Of a stretch of 64,000 bases of DNA, positions 1 through 21,920 are shown in pieces. The stretch comes from Mesotaenium endlicherianum (lineage: Eukaryota), in NCBI GenBank assembly GCA_009602735.1, contig WELA01002166.1, positions 144,476 through 208,475 of the forward strand. Reading direction: 5' to 3'. A model generated the notes under the pieces. It ran no database searches. It was not told where the DNA came from and was given only the letters and a program-made list of their open reading frames with translations. Numbering within the stretch: the stretch's first letter is position 1; the number at the start of each line of letters is the position of its first letter. A program made the position numbers and the translations under genes.

Positions 1-69
1 GCGTGCCAGGGGGGGGGGGAGCGGGGGGGGGGGGCAAACAAGGGTTACGAGTTTAGGTTTTGTGCTTAC

Positions 70-2938
70 ATGAGGAACTCGTGCAGGTCGGTGCCGAAGA
101 AGGCCCCCTTGCCCGGCTTAAATATCACCTGCTCCGCCATCCACACGAGAAGAAACAAAAGCACACCTCGCAGGTCAAGTAAAATGCAGACGTAACATTC
201 TGTTTGGGCTTTGCTTGGGCTTCGCTTCTAAGCTTGTGGAGTGCAAGAGCCTTCGAAATTTTGAATCACTCGATCAGGTGAGAGAAGGGAAGATGTTGCA
301 ACACTATTTATATCTACGCTGCGGGCACAAAAAATTCTAGCTTTGGGCTAATATGTCTTGGCTGCTGTGCTATGAAGTTTTCTGCTTTGAAATATATTCC
401 CCCAATCAATCAAGAGTCCCTGGTGGTGAGAAAGAGACCCCCACCACTCAAAAATCAAGTAGTTCATGTGCAATGCCTTGCATGCACCACATGTACATGT
501 CAGCATCTCCGCCAACGTGCCACACGTGCACGCACGCGTGCGCGTGCGCGCGCGTGCACATACACACACACTCGAATGCTTGCAGTCTGATGACATAGAA
601 AAACACGTATATAACAAAATTTGAAATAACGAGGTAAACGAAAGGCAAAAGCAAGACGAGACAACTGAAGTAGCACTGATACTTGGGCATGATTACCTTC
701 TCGCGTTCCATGGCAACAACAACAACGACAACCAGTCAACTCAAAACAATGACAGCGCGGTAGCAGCGAGAGATACCTTCTCGCCTGCGATGGGCGCGTT
801 CTCGTCAACGATCTCGTTGCCCCACTCGTTGCGCACCAGGATGCGCCCCATGTCGCCCTGCATGCACACGCACGCCCCTCCCTCGCTCAGACTCAAAATC
901 CTGAACCCTGCATGAACCCTCAAATACAAAACCTAACCCTAACCCTAACCCTAGCCCTCAGACCTTATTCCCAAACCCTGAACCCTAGACACCACAGCAT
1001 TCAGCACGGAAACCGCATCTGAGCCTGTGTGTCAACACTCGTCAGCCCGCGCGGCGTGACTTTGTAGCCGTACGAAGCCTCCCAGCCCCTCAGAGTAACA
1101 AATGCAGGCGGTGTTAGGAAAATGAACTTCGTTGAGCAGACTTTGCACGCAACAGGTCCGACGTCGCATGGATTGAGAGTAGCAAAGGAGCAAAGGGGCA
1201 AAGGGGTGTGCGTGGATGTTCACAGGGGAGCCCAACAGAAGCACGAGAGAGAAAGAGAAAGAGCAAGAGAACAGAGAGATCTGTCGAGCTACCCACCAAG
1301 GAAAGGAGAAGGAAGGGCGAGGGGATGTCAAGGAGACCCCGGTGGCCCCGTTGCGGCCCGTGGGAACATCAGGGCTTCTTTTGTTTGTGGGCTCACTCAC
1401 CTTGTCGCCGATGCGCAGCCCCTCTGGGAGCCCGCCGCGCGTGAGCTTGGCGAGCGGGCAGTCGCTGAGGTCCGCCAGGTGTGCCTCCAGCGTGTGCACC
1501 ACCTTCACGCCGTATTTTCTGCACGTCTCCTGTCGCCCTCTCTCCCCCGCCCGCCCGCCCGCCATTCAGCCGTTGCCACGTGCCCCCATGCATAGGCATA
1601 CACACGCATGCACACACACACACACGCACAAACGTACACAGGCAGAGCTTCAGCATGTCCGGAGGAGGGTAGGTTGTCCACACAGTGTTGCGCGTGTACT
1701 TGCGCACACGCGCACACGCACAGGTCTCCCCTGCACTCACAGACATGGTCCACAAATGTATGTACAATAATTATGTACGCGCACACATGCAGATCCGAAC
1801 AAACACGCAAACACGCACACAGGGTTGCCCGTGCACGTTACAAGGCATACACGCGCAGGCCCCGAAAACAGACACAAAATAAACTTACAGGCACACACTG
1901 CCTCACGCATCTGTGGCGCACACGTACATATGTATGTACACAAGATGATGTTAACACACACAGACAGTGTGCACATTCGCGCGTGCGTGTTTTGTGCACA
2001 CACGCTCTCTGCTTGAATGTCTGCCTTCTTCACTGACTCTCCAACAAAGAAATTTGTGTTTCCGTCAAACACTTTGGGGGGTCTAGAAACTCACCAGAGG
2101 TTCCCGCTGAGGCTGAAGAATCACTCACGGAGATGTTACAGGGAGGGTTTTCTGACTTTGAAGCAGTAATCTCATTAAAGTGATTGCTTGCTATGGTTCT
2201 TCCGAAGCACTTGAGGTTGAGGCCGGAGCTGACGGGCACAAGGATTGGGCTTGAAGTTTTTATATGTTCAGGGGTTGGGCTACTTTCATCAAATTTGCGC
2301 ATTACTGTAGAGCTCACAATATTCGTCCATGATCCATGTATTGGTTCAGAGCTCTGAAGCAAGAGCTGAGAGAAACAAGGGAAAGGAGCAGAGTTGATCT
2401 CAGTTAGGGTTGGGGCCAAAGCTGACATCAAATTTAGCGTCGCGCTAGGAAGTACTTGATCAACTTCGAGTATGGGTAGAGGGTAGGGGTTTGGGTCAGA
2501 CTCCAGGGGAATTAAGGTTTAGGCATCTTGGGTTTGAGGATTCAAGGGTTTGAGAGATTTAGTAGGGTTTGGGGGTATAAGCCTTACGAGGAGGAAGGCA
2601 ACGGTAGGGACGATGCTCTGCAGGAGCTTCACGTTGTTGCCAAGTGTCGACCCAAAGCCGCCCTCCAGGATGAAGTCGCGCTGCATGTCGATCACCACCA
2701 CCGCTGTGTTTGCCACCTGTCGCCGCGGCACGCAGAGGCTCCTCCTCGTCAGCATTGGGCCTGGGGCTCGTATACGAATGGATCAGCTATGAGGTCTGCA
2801 TGCGAATGCATTTATCCACAGAAAATTACGTAGACAAACAGACACATGTTCTTGCGCCTGTCTGTCACTCTCCCTCTGCGTGCGTGCGTGCGTGCGTGTG
2901 TGCGTGTGTGCGGGCGTGTGTGTGCGTGCGTGTGTGTA

Positions 2939-2976
<38 letters not shown>

Positions 2977-5900
2977 AAAGGTGAAAGGTGAAAGGTGAAA
3001 GATCGATTCACAAAACACGCCATGTGCATCCATCTTGGCCACCCTGTGCCCCCTGATGGGGGTGAGCGCTGTCCCCAAAGTCTGTCCTAGGCTACATAGG
3101 AAGATTACTCGTTTTGGACGCAGTCTCACCCGACAGCTCGACAACAGCGGGGAAAGTGGGCGATAACACTGAGGCTTTTCAAATCCTCTCTCTCGTTGCT
3201 AGGTCTCACCGGGGCTTTCTTCTCTTCTTTTGGGATCTAGAAAACAAACGTCATAAACAAGCACAATATATAAGAAGAGAGGAAGTCCCCTTCTCTCTCT
3301 CCTCCTCCCCCCTCCCCCCCCCCCGGCCCCGCTTTGCCCCTTCCCCACACCCTCGAATACAACTGACCAAACGGAAGCACACTATCCTCAACAAGAAAAC
3401 AGAAGTAGGACAAACTGCCGGTTGTTCATTTTGCGTGACAACGGGACAGACTTCAGGAGAATGATCCGGAACTCACAGGGAAGGAGAATTTGTACGGCTT
3501 GGCGTCCGCGACGGAGGCCACAGGGCCTGCCACATCGCCCTCTGGTGGCACAACAGCTGGCGGGGACGGGTCCGGCTTCAGAAGCACAGGCACGGAAGAG
3601 GGGATCCACAGCGGGACAGCTGGCACCTGCACAGAGCACGTCAGGGGAAGCAATCAGGGGGTGATGGCGAAAAATCTTTTCCCTTATTGGTCAGAGCTCT
3701 TCACCTGAACGTCGTTTGTTCACTCGAGTACACACATCTGCACACGCACATGCATGTGCGTGTGATCTGATGTTTGTTTTCCTCTTCCCGAAGATTACGT
3801 GTGCGGCGGGGGCGCAAGTGCGCGCCAGCGTGCATGTGCATGCACGTATACCATTGGAATACAACATTCATCCAAGTTTCTTAGCATAGAGAGCCTTATC
3901 ACTCCTCGCACATTCCCTCAGTACCCCCCCTACTTCTACGCTCTTAAGATGCAAAAGGATCAGGCTTGCGATTTACGACTGGCCAATGCACAGAAACTGA
4001 CAAATTTGAGCAGCGCACAAAAAGGGATCGACTGATACAAGAAAATGACAAGCGGAAAAGAGGAAAACTTTCTCCAGCACGTGTATGAGTGACAGGTGGC
4101 TACAGGAGCAGGCGCAGCCGTGGAGAGCGCGTCAGCGACGTCCGCCAGCTCAGCAGTCCAACCGATGATGCCGCCCTGAGCCACGATCATATCCATCGAC
4201 TCCTCCAGGTACCTGTCACGTGCATGCACCTGCGCCCGTGAGAGCTCGTGCGTGCATGCATGCTCATGCGCACCTGCGGAGCTAGGCCGCCTTTGACGAC
4301 AGCGCAGACAGAGCACTGATGCGTGCGCTTACAGGAGGGGAAAAGCAGCTGCAGCGTTATTGTTTGTCAGTAGAACAGAACAGGGGAGCAAGTGGGTGCG
4401 TGCGCTCAGAGAGGGGGAGAGAAGCTGTAGCTTCAGTTTCAACTGTAGAGCAGAAGGAGCAAGGGGGTGCGTGCGCTTACAAAGGGGGGAAAGGAGCTCT
4501 AGCTGCGGTTTTCATATATGAGCAGAGGGAGCAAGGAGGTGCGTGAGCTTACAGAGGGGCAAAGGAGCTGGAGCTTTGGTTTGTAATAGTAGAGTACAAG
4601 GAGCAAGGGGTGCGCGCGCTCAGAAAAAACAAAAGCAGCTGCAGCTATAGTTCTGATAGTAGAGCAGAGGGAGCAAGGGGGTGCGTGCGATTACGAGGAA
4701 AAGTAGCTGGCGGTGCAGTCGACGATGGCGCACGGCTCAAAGCCGCGGTCGTTGAGCTCTCGCATCACCAGCTGGCACCCGATCTCCGTCGTGAGGCCTG
4801 CCAGGAGGACATGTGTCACCCCGCGGTCCCTGCTTGCACCCCGGCACAGCCCCCAAGCGCAGCCCCCCACGGCGGCCCTTCGTTGCTGAGTTGTGTCTTT
4901 TGTCACCAACTGGGCATTTATTTGCGCACTCAGAGACTCACAGGTCCTCACGTTCTGCAAGTGCCCTAAAGAGCATGATTGATGTATATAGTAACTAAGA
5001 ATGTAGAATAAAATAGAACAAAAATAAAAAAATCAAAAAAATCATAGGAGAAAAACAAACACAGGGCCCAGAAAGTAATCATTTTGTCCACTGTCTACAT
5101 AACTTCCACTGACTCTCGTACCATGCACTTGTACTGTTCACTGACTTACACATGCCCCGTGTGCGACATGTCTTTACTAAGCTTTGCACACAGGCCCAAT
5201 TTTTGCCTCAAGAAAGTCTTTAAGAATTCTAATGACCCGAGTAAGCATACTATTCCACTACAGCCTGACTCCCATTGATAACGATAATGCCGTCTTCCTG
5301 GCTCAGTACATATTGTTAACTGTTAAGAGCAAGGCGGAGAAGCCAAGAGCCGCCAATCACGACACTCACAGGCAGTACTGGTGGAGGTCCGTGTTGTACA
5401 GCACGCCCTTGCCACACGTGCTCAGCACCTGCCACGTGGCGTCACAAAAGCATGCCACCTGTCAGGCGACGAGCGTCTCTCCTGGCCCTCAAGCAAGCTT
5501 CTTTCCCCTTTCTGTGAATATTAATGCTCTCTCAAGTGGAGTATCCTGGATTGGAGGAGAACTGCAGACCCCCTGGGGGCTTCACACTTCCCCCTCCCCC
5601 ACCCACACACACATACTCACACTCACACACGACACAAAGAAGTACGCACGCATGCACGCACGCACGCGCACGCGCTCGTATGCACGCACGCGTACAGACA
5701 CATGCAAGCACGCAGGTGCGCATACTCGCGCACACAAAAGCCACCATACGCCCACGCTGGAACATGCAGACGCAGACGCGCACGCGCACGCACACGCACA
5801 CGCACACGCGCACGCGCACGCGCACGTGGGTGCCCGTCTTGGGGGGAACAGGAGCGCCGGACGCAGTGCACAATCTGACAGCTGTACACGAGGCACAAAG

Positions 5901-6423
5901 CAAAGAGTATCTCAGAGGGGGCACATGTGGAACAGAGGGGCGCACCTTCTCCCCCAGCAGAGGGGCACAGTCAGGAACAATCTCGTTGCCCGCTTCGCCT
6001 TCGATCAGAATGCGGCCCAGAGGGCCCTGCGCAAGCGCCAGCCCCCGATAGAAGAACATGTTAATTTTATTGTACATAGTATGCGTCATGAACAACACAT
6101 AATACGAAGGTACCACGAAACAATGTGAGGTGCACGTGCATGCCCAGGGGCACGGCGTATGAAGGAAGGAACGTGTCAGGTTCACCCGTGAGGCTGAAAT
6201 GCGATGTGAATGATACGGTATGAACGCCGCAATGAGACACTGAAGAGAAAACCACGTGAACAATACTCTGGTCAAGGCTTTGGTGAAACACGTGATTTTC
6301 TACTAGTGGCTTACTAGGCATACCCTTAGTATACACCGAGTACGACGCGACTGGCACTAACTAAAGAGCCTCATAGAGACACATCTCTAGTCAAACGGCA
6401 ACCCCAAGGTCTATCATGCACAT

Positions 6424-6461
<38 letters not shown>

Positions 6462-7744
6462 TCGCACGTACGTTGCCCCCGCAGTCTTTGTTGCCTCATG
6501 AGCGTCGGATTCTTGCAGCTGACACGCGCCTAAGATTGTTTGCAACATCATCGCACGACTCATGTGCCACGCCACGCGTCTTCTTAGTGTTCCTCTGTCG
6601 ATTCGCCAGAGAAAGGGCCCGAGCGTGCCTATACAACAATCGGTTAAGTGATTTGATATCAGGACAATCGTTTGCTTATTGCTAAGGTGGCGGGTGAAGG
6701 TGGGTGGGGCCAACATTCCCGCCTCGGAAAAGTGACGGCCGTTGAGTAGAAGGGAAACAGAAACAGCGAAGAACCACGTTCCAAATCACGCAAGAAGTCG
6801 GGCTGAGGTTCCGAAACCTTCAGGCCCGGGGTCCAAACTCTGGGCAAAATTTTGGATTTGTGGCTCTTAGAAATATCGGTTCCAGAGGTCTAGAGTGAAG
6901 GGCTTTGGGTCAGGTCTTGTAGGGCAAGCCAGGCGGGGGGGGTAGGCACCTCGTCGCCGATGCTGAGCTTGCCACCTGTTTGCGCGCGCGTGCGGCGCAT
7001 CTTGGACACTGATACGTCTGCCAGGTCAGCGCTGTGGGCCTCCTTGGCGTGGACCACCTCCACGCCCGCCGCCCGGGCAGCCTCCTGGCAGGTGGCATCA
7101 GCGTATTGCATGGGGATGTATTCTGAGTCATATATCGTGCAATGCATTGCTTCCAGACACACACACGCACCTGTGAACCTGAACCCGTGCGTCTGTTCGT
7201 TTAATGAGAGGATGCCAGAATCCAAGCCGATAACTTTCGAGTTCCTATTGGGCTGCTGCAGCCACTCTGCCCGCCTGCTCTGCCCGCCTCCCCCGACGTA
7301 CAGCTGTCGCGAAGGAGACGAATGCGTATTGAAATATACGCATCAATGAGAAGAAGATAAGGCTGCAAACACACAAGAAGATATAACAGTGTGTACATAC
7401 GTATATATAAAAATATGTAGATATAACTACGCATCCATGTAAGCCGACAACAGAAAGGCTTGACGCACAAAAGTCCTCGTGCGTGACTTGGCAGACGTGA
7501 AACTTCACAACTATAGAACTCGACCCCAATTGAAGCTAGAATTCAGGACGTAAGACTTGCAACGCCTTTCTGGGCGCGCTCCAAACGGGTGGGGGGGGAG
7601 TGCCAGGTGGCGCACCAGCAGCAACTTGACACGTGGCACGATGTGGGCCACCTTGCTGACGTCGTTGCCCAGCAGAGAGGCATAGCCCCCCTCGTCGAGA
7701 AACTCGCGCTGCATCTTCAGCACCAGCAGCACCGTCTTCTCCAC
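70..7744 (-). CDS. Tandem two-domain isochorismatase-family cysteine hydrolase, triuret hydrolase (TrtA)/biuret hydrolase-like; spliced, first exon not located, 3' end beyond the left edge
   Basis: Phase-consistent GT-AG exons: 7744-7616 ([29 protein letters not shown]), 7084-6950, 6026-5946 ([17 protein letters not shown]), 5428-5370 ([16 protein letters not shown]), 4829-4695 ([25 protein letters not shown]), 4212-~4104 ([11 protein letters not shown], donor uncertain), 3626-3477 (Pro-rich linker, DAKPYKF), 2716-2588 ([22 protein letters not shown]), 1529-1401 ([16 protein letters not shown]), 857-777 ([16 protein letters not shown]), 128-70 ([19 protein letters not shown]). These motifs match bacterial TrtA/BiuH as I recall them. 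Confidence 0.9.
932..958. repeat. Interstitial telomere-like (CCCTAA)n tract in an intron
   Basis: cctaaccctaaccctaaccctagccct, with degenerate aaccct copies around 900-990. Confidence 0.8.
4319..4712. repeat. Intronic ~72-bp minisatellite, 6 degenerate units, derived from an exon end and 5' splice site
   Basis: gtgcgtgcgct(tac/cag)...aaa(a)g(c/g)agctg recurs at ~4320, 4396, 4467, 4539, 4610 and 4681; the last unit overlaps the real exon/donor junction at 4695. Confidence 0.85.
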
Positions 7745-7855
7745 CTGGCGTGCCGTGGGGGTGACAGGTGGCGAGCGGGTGGGCAGAGAGGGGGGTCCGA
7801 CGAGACGGGAAAAATGTGGCAGTTTGTTAGTGATAAGGTACACGCACGCACACAT

Positions 7856-7901
<46 letters not shown>

Positions 7902-10900
7902 GCGCACGCGCGCACACGCGCACAGGCAGACATTCACAATGACAGACATGTCATTTATCTATATGTATTTATGCATATATATATGTATATATATGCAGAT
8001 ATCTATGGATATATGTTTGCAAGTATAGTGTATCTCCTATGTCTAGTGCTCGTGCACGTCCCAAAGGCCTCGCTGTGGGGGCTGGCCTCGCATGCGCGTC
8101 GCGGGGCAGAAGAAACCCGACAGTTTCTTCTAGAACAGAAGTATAAGAGACAGCATTTGCATTCCCACCCACACACTTTGCCATCTGCATCTATGACGAC
8201 CGGACGGGGAACCCATTAGACCACACTTACATGCGCACTCAAGTCCTCGCAGTTGCGTACGGACACCTCTGTCAGCCCTCAGACGTTGTGGACTGCGAGC
8301 AGTCCCATGAAGTTTTTTTTCTTTTTTTTAAATAAAATAAAATAGGTGTTAAGGGGGGTGTATTGAGTGAGGGGGGGCCAGGGNNNNNNNNNNNNNNNNN
8401 NNNNNNNNNNNNNNNNNNNNNNNNNNNNNNNNNNNNNNNNNNNNNNNNNNNNNNNNNNNNNNNNNNNNNNNNNNNNNNNNNNNNNNNNNNNNNNNNNNNN
8501 NNNNNNNNNNNNNNNNNNNNNNNNNNNNNNNNNNNNNNNNNNNNNNNNNNNNNNNNNNNNNNNNNNNNNNNNNNNNNNNNNNNNNNNNNNNNNNNNNNNN
8601 NNNNNNNNNNNNNNNNNNNNNNNNNNNNNNNNNNNNNNNNNNNNNNNNNNNNNNNNNNNNNNNNNNNNNNNNNNNNNNNNNNNNNNNNNNNNNNNNNNNN
8701 NNNNNNNNNNNNNNNNNNNNNNNNNNNNNNNNNNNNNNNNNNNNNNNNNNNNNNNNNNNNNNNNNNNNNNNNNNNNNNNNNNNNNNNNNNNNNNNNNNNN
8801 NNNNNNNNNNNNNNNNNNNNNNNNNNNNNNNNNNNNNNNNNNNNNNNNNNNNGGGGGGGGGGAAGGGGAGAGGGGAAGGAGAGATTGATTTAGTGGGCTT
8901 CAGAGTTAACTCATTGTCTAACAATAAAAAGCAGAGTGAACTGAACTTTTGACACACAAAACATACATAGGCACTGCGTGCTTGCGCTTGCCACATGTCG
9001 CATGGAGTGCTTTCGGTCGCTTTCAATCGGTTCGCCGGAAAGTAGCTTTGCTCGCCCAAGCTACGGTTTCATGCAAAGAATAAGACACCGGATTTGATGC
9101 GTAGGAGGAAAAGAAATCAGATTCTCACCCCCGCGTTGGAATTCAAAGGCGGCTACACACATGCACACACACACACACACACACACACGGAGGGATAGAG
9201 CAGGAATGAAATTCTGATTGAACTTCTAGAATACATACTCAAGTTCAAGAAAAATATCCCAGGAAGAGAGTCCAGCTGTTAGGAACTCTCAAACCGCGAG
9301 ACTGACTACTGCTTTATTACTGCAAGGCTGCATACGCCCCGCACACCTCACAGCCGATGCAACGGCATTGCCAAGTTTTATGCCAAGGTATGTAATCGAA
9401 TCAGCATCTCGTTGGTCGCAAATCAATAAATGCGGCCAGGTAGCGTTTCTGTCGTTTCTCCAGTCGCTTGGGATTTCACACTGTGAAGGTCCCAGGAAAC
9501 TTCTGATCAAGAAGCTTCCGCACTTGCACGCTATAAGCTCCAAGCCGTCAAGGCTCATTGCCGCATGGGCTCTCTCTAAGCTCTGTTAGCCCTCTGGCGT
9601 CCGTACAGGAAGAATTACGGACATCTGAAGCTCTCACGGCCGAACAGAGGATGTTGGTGTGCGACTGAAGTGCAAGGGTATGGCTCGAGAGGAAGGCAAG
9701 AAACCTAGTCGCCGTGACAGCGGGTTCACATCGCTGAAAGGCTTACTTCTGCAAGGTAGACACGGCTGATTTCCAAGCTTAAACAACAACATCATATTTT
9801 AAGAGGAAATCTTGACGTATAAATGTTTCACACATAGAGGGGCTCACCTGGTGAGGTAGCCTTTGTGACGAGAAAGTTCCTTCTGCTGTCCCTGCGGTAA
9901 CAAGGAAGGCCGGTCACTCCACCGAGATGTCGCAGTGGCTTCGAATCGGCCTTCAGAATGCAGGCACAGAGAGTAGAGTCCGTTAGTCACCAATGGTGCA
10001 ATTTGGGTGCAATGCAACTCATTAACTAGCTGGCAAAATGGAAGAGTTACACCAGCAATTGAATGAGACCAACGTGACTTGGAAGTTGGGCTGGACTCTG
10101 GAAGGCACAAGCCAAAGCGCAGACTGCCGGAGGAGCTCGGTCTTGTTCAGTGTTCACACGGAGGCGTCGACGTTCGATCAGGTTTGTGCCCTGCGTGGAC
10201 GCGTAGAATTGTCGCCTTGCCAATCAGAGTGCGAGCAGTGGCTAAAGAGCTGCCAAGAAAAGTACCCTGGCAACCTGACGGTCAGAGATAATTTGTCCAC
10301 AATCCAGAAATGCAAGCGGTCAATACGGTGAATGTCAGAAGGAAGTGGAAAGATACGATCGTAGACGATCTCAAATCCAGACTCGATGTGGAAAGCAGGG
10401 GGGACCAGGGGGACTTTGATTTGAGTTTATACGCATGTGTGAGCCGCCCTTTATATGAACCATGTGACGTCACACAATTTCTTAAAACGACGTCATAGAC
10501 CGTATTGGCTTGTGGAGTTATATTACGAACGTCGAAGTCAGATCCTTGGGGGGGCAAAAGCGTTTGCCCTCCCGAGTCCCCGGTCCCCGGGTGTGAGTGA
10601 GCCTCGAGGGACTGCTCTTTTCAAGCCGTGCCCTCACTCACGGTCACCCCTTCACAGCTAGCGCTCGACACCATGAGACCAGTCGATGGTCGTGCACCGT
10701 CATGCATGCTACTTCGAGTTCCCTGCATGTTAAGGTAGAAGAGTCGGTCGTACAACTTAGGGCGCAATCTCCCTTGCTGGTCCGTGCCTCCGGCGTGGAA
10801 GCTTCAGTCTCCCGACGCTTCACTATGCTGTACAACAAGCCGGTGGCACTAGTCACTAAGAGTGTAAAGTGAGCCTGTGTGTGCACATATTACTTCCAAA

Positions 10901-11320
10901 AACACAAATCTCATGCAGGGTATTATTGAGCTTTTGAATAATATGAAAATGCCAATCCTTGGCAACTTTGTCCTCCAACCCCCATGATGTTAGCATGTAA
11001 GTGTGCATATAGAACATAAGTCTTACCAGGAAGCAGTTTTGTGTCCACCTATCGGAGTAGTGCAAATTTTAAAATTTTCTCATTATTTAGTATTGCTCCA
11101 TGGTATTGCTCCACCACAAATGGCACCAAGAAATTTACTGCAACAGCCTTGGACAAGATTGGAAAAATCAAAGGGAATACAAATTCGCAAGCCAATGGGC
11201 ATAATTAACAGTAATATTGAGTTAAAAAACATATAGTGCACAGTCAAGGCTTAGCAACCTCACTCACAAAACTTACAAACAACAAGCAATGCTTCCCAAA
11301 TGAGGGCATAATCAACAATT

Positions 11321-21230
<9,910 letters not shown>

Positions 21231-21920
21231 GCACTCTTTCTAGTCGTCAAATGGTAATTCATATATTCAAGAAGAACGTGATTTCGATGAGAAGCTATGA
21301 AGGTCCCAGTATGCTCTACCATGCGTTTGAGTGCTAGGATGTAACAGCACTGCACTTGCTCCTTCATTCCCTAAAACATTTCTTGCTACTGCTCGTGTTG
21401 TTTATAGTGTCCTGTCCCATTATGCGAAAGAGGGACGCAGAGAAGCTGGCCAGAAATTGGACGTGCAATCGGATATTCCTTCTAATCAATCTGGAGCCAG
21501 TCGTCAATTGGTCGATCGGAAGTTTCTCGTACTCACTGTTACAACGCAGCCTAATATCTCGAATTTAGACAATCCGACAAATGTCAGAGCTCCTGAAGCG
21601 ACAAAGGTGCGTACTCGTGTCGCTCCATGCGTGTTGATGAAACGGGATATCTAAACGTTCCAAGAAACTTGAACACTAGAGGGTCCCCGAACAGTCCCGC
21701 ATTGAGATCGACAAACTCACGACACAGGCAACCATGCACCGTCTCATAATCACGAGCATTTTATTGCCCTCACGACTTCTGACGTATCTTCGATCAGGGC
21801 TGGCTTAATATCGTTGAAGAGGGAAGGTAAGATTCACTCGTGAGTACTTCATACACATACAGGAGCTTACCTTCCAGCGTAATAAGGACTTTTATATTGA
21901 AAGGCGGGCTCGTACGTTGC

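Noticed and set aside
5184..6275. His/Thr/Ala- or Cys/Val-rich ORFs here and at 1.6-2.0, 14.3-15.1, 52.1-52.6 and 53.2-53.6 kb as metal-binding proteins
   Set aside because: They arise from intronic (CA)n/(CACG)n microsatellites that lack stop codons.
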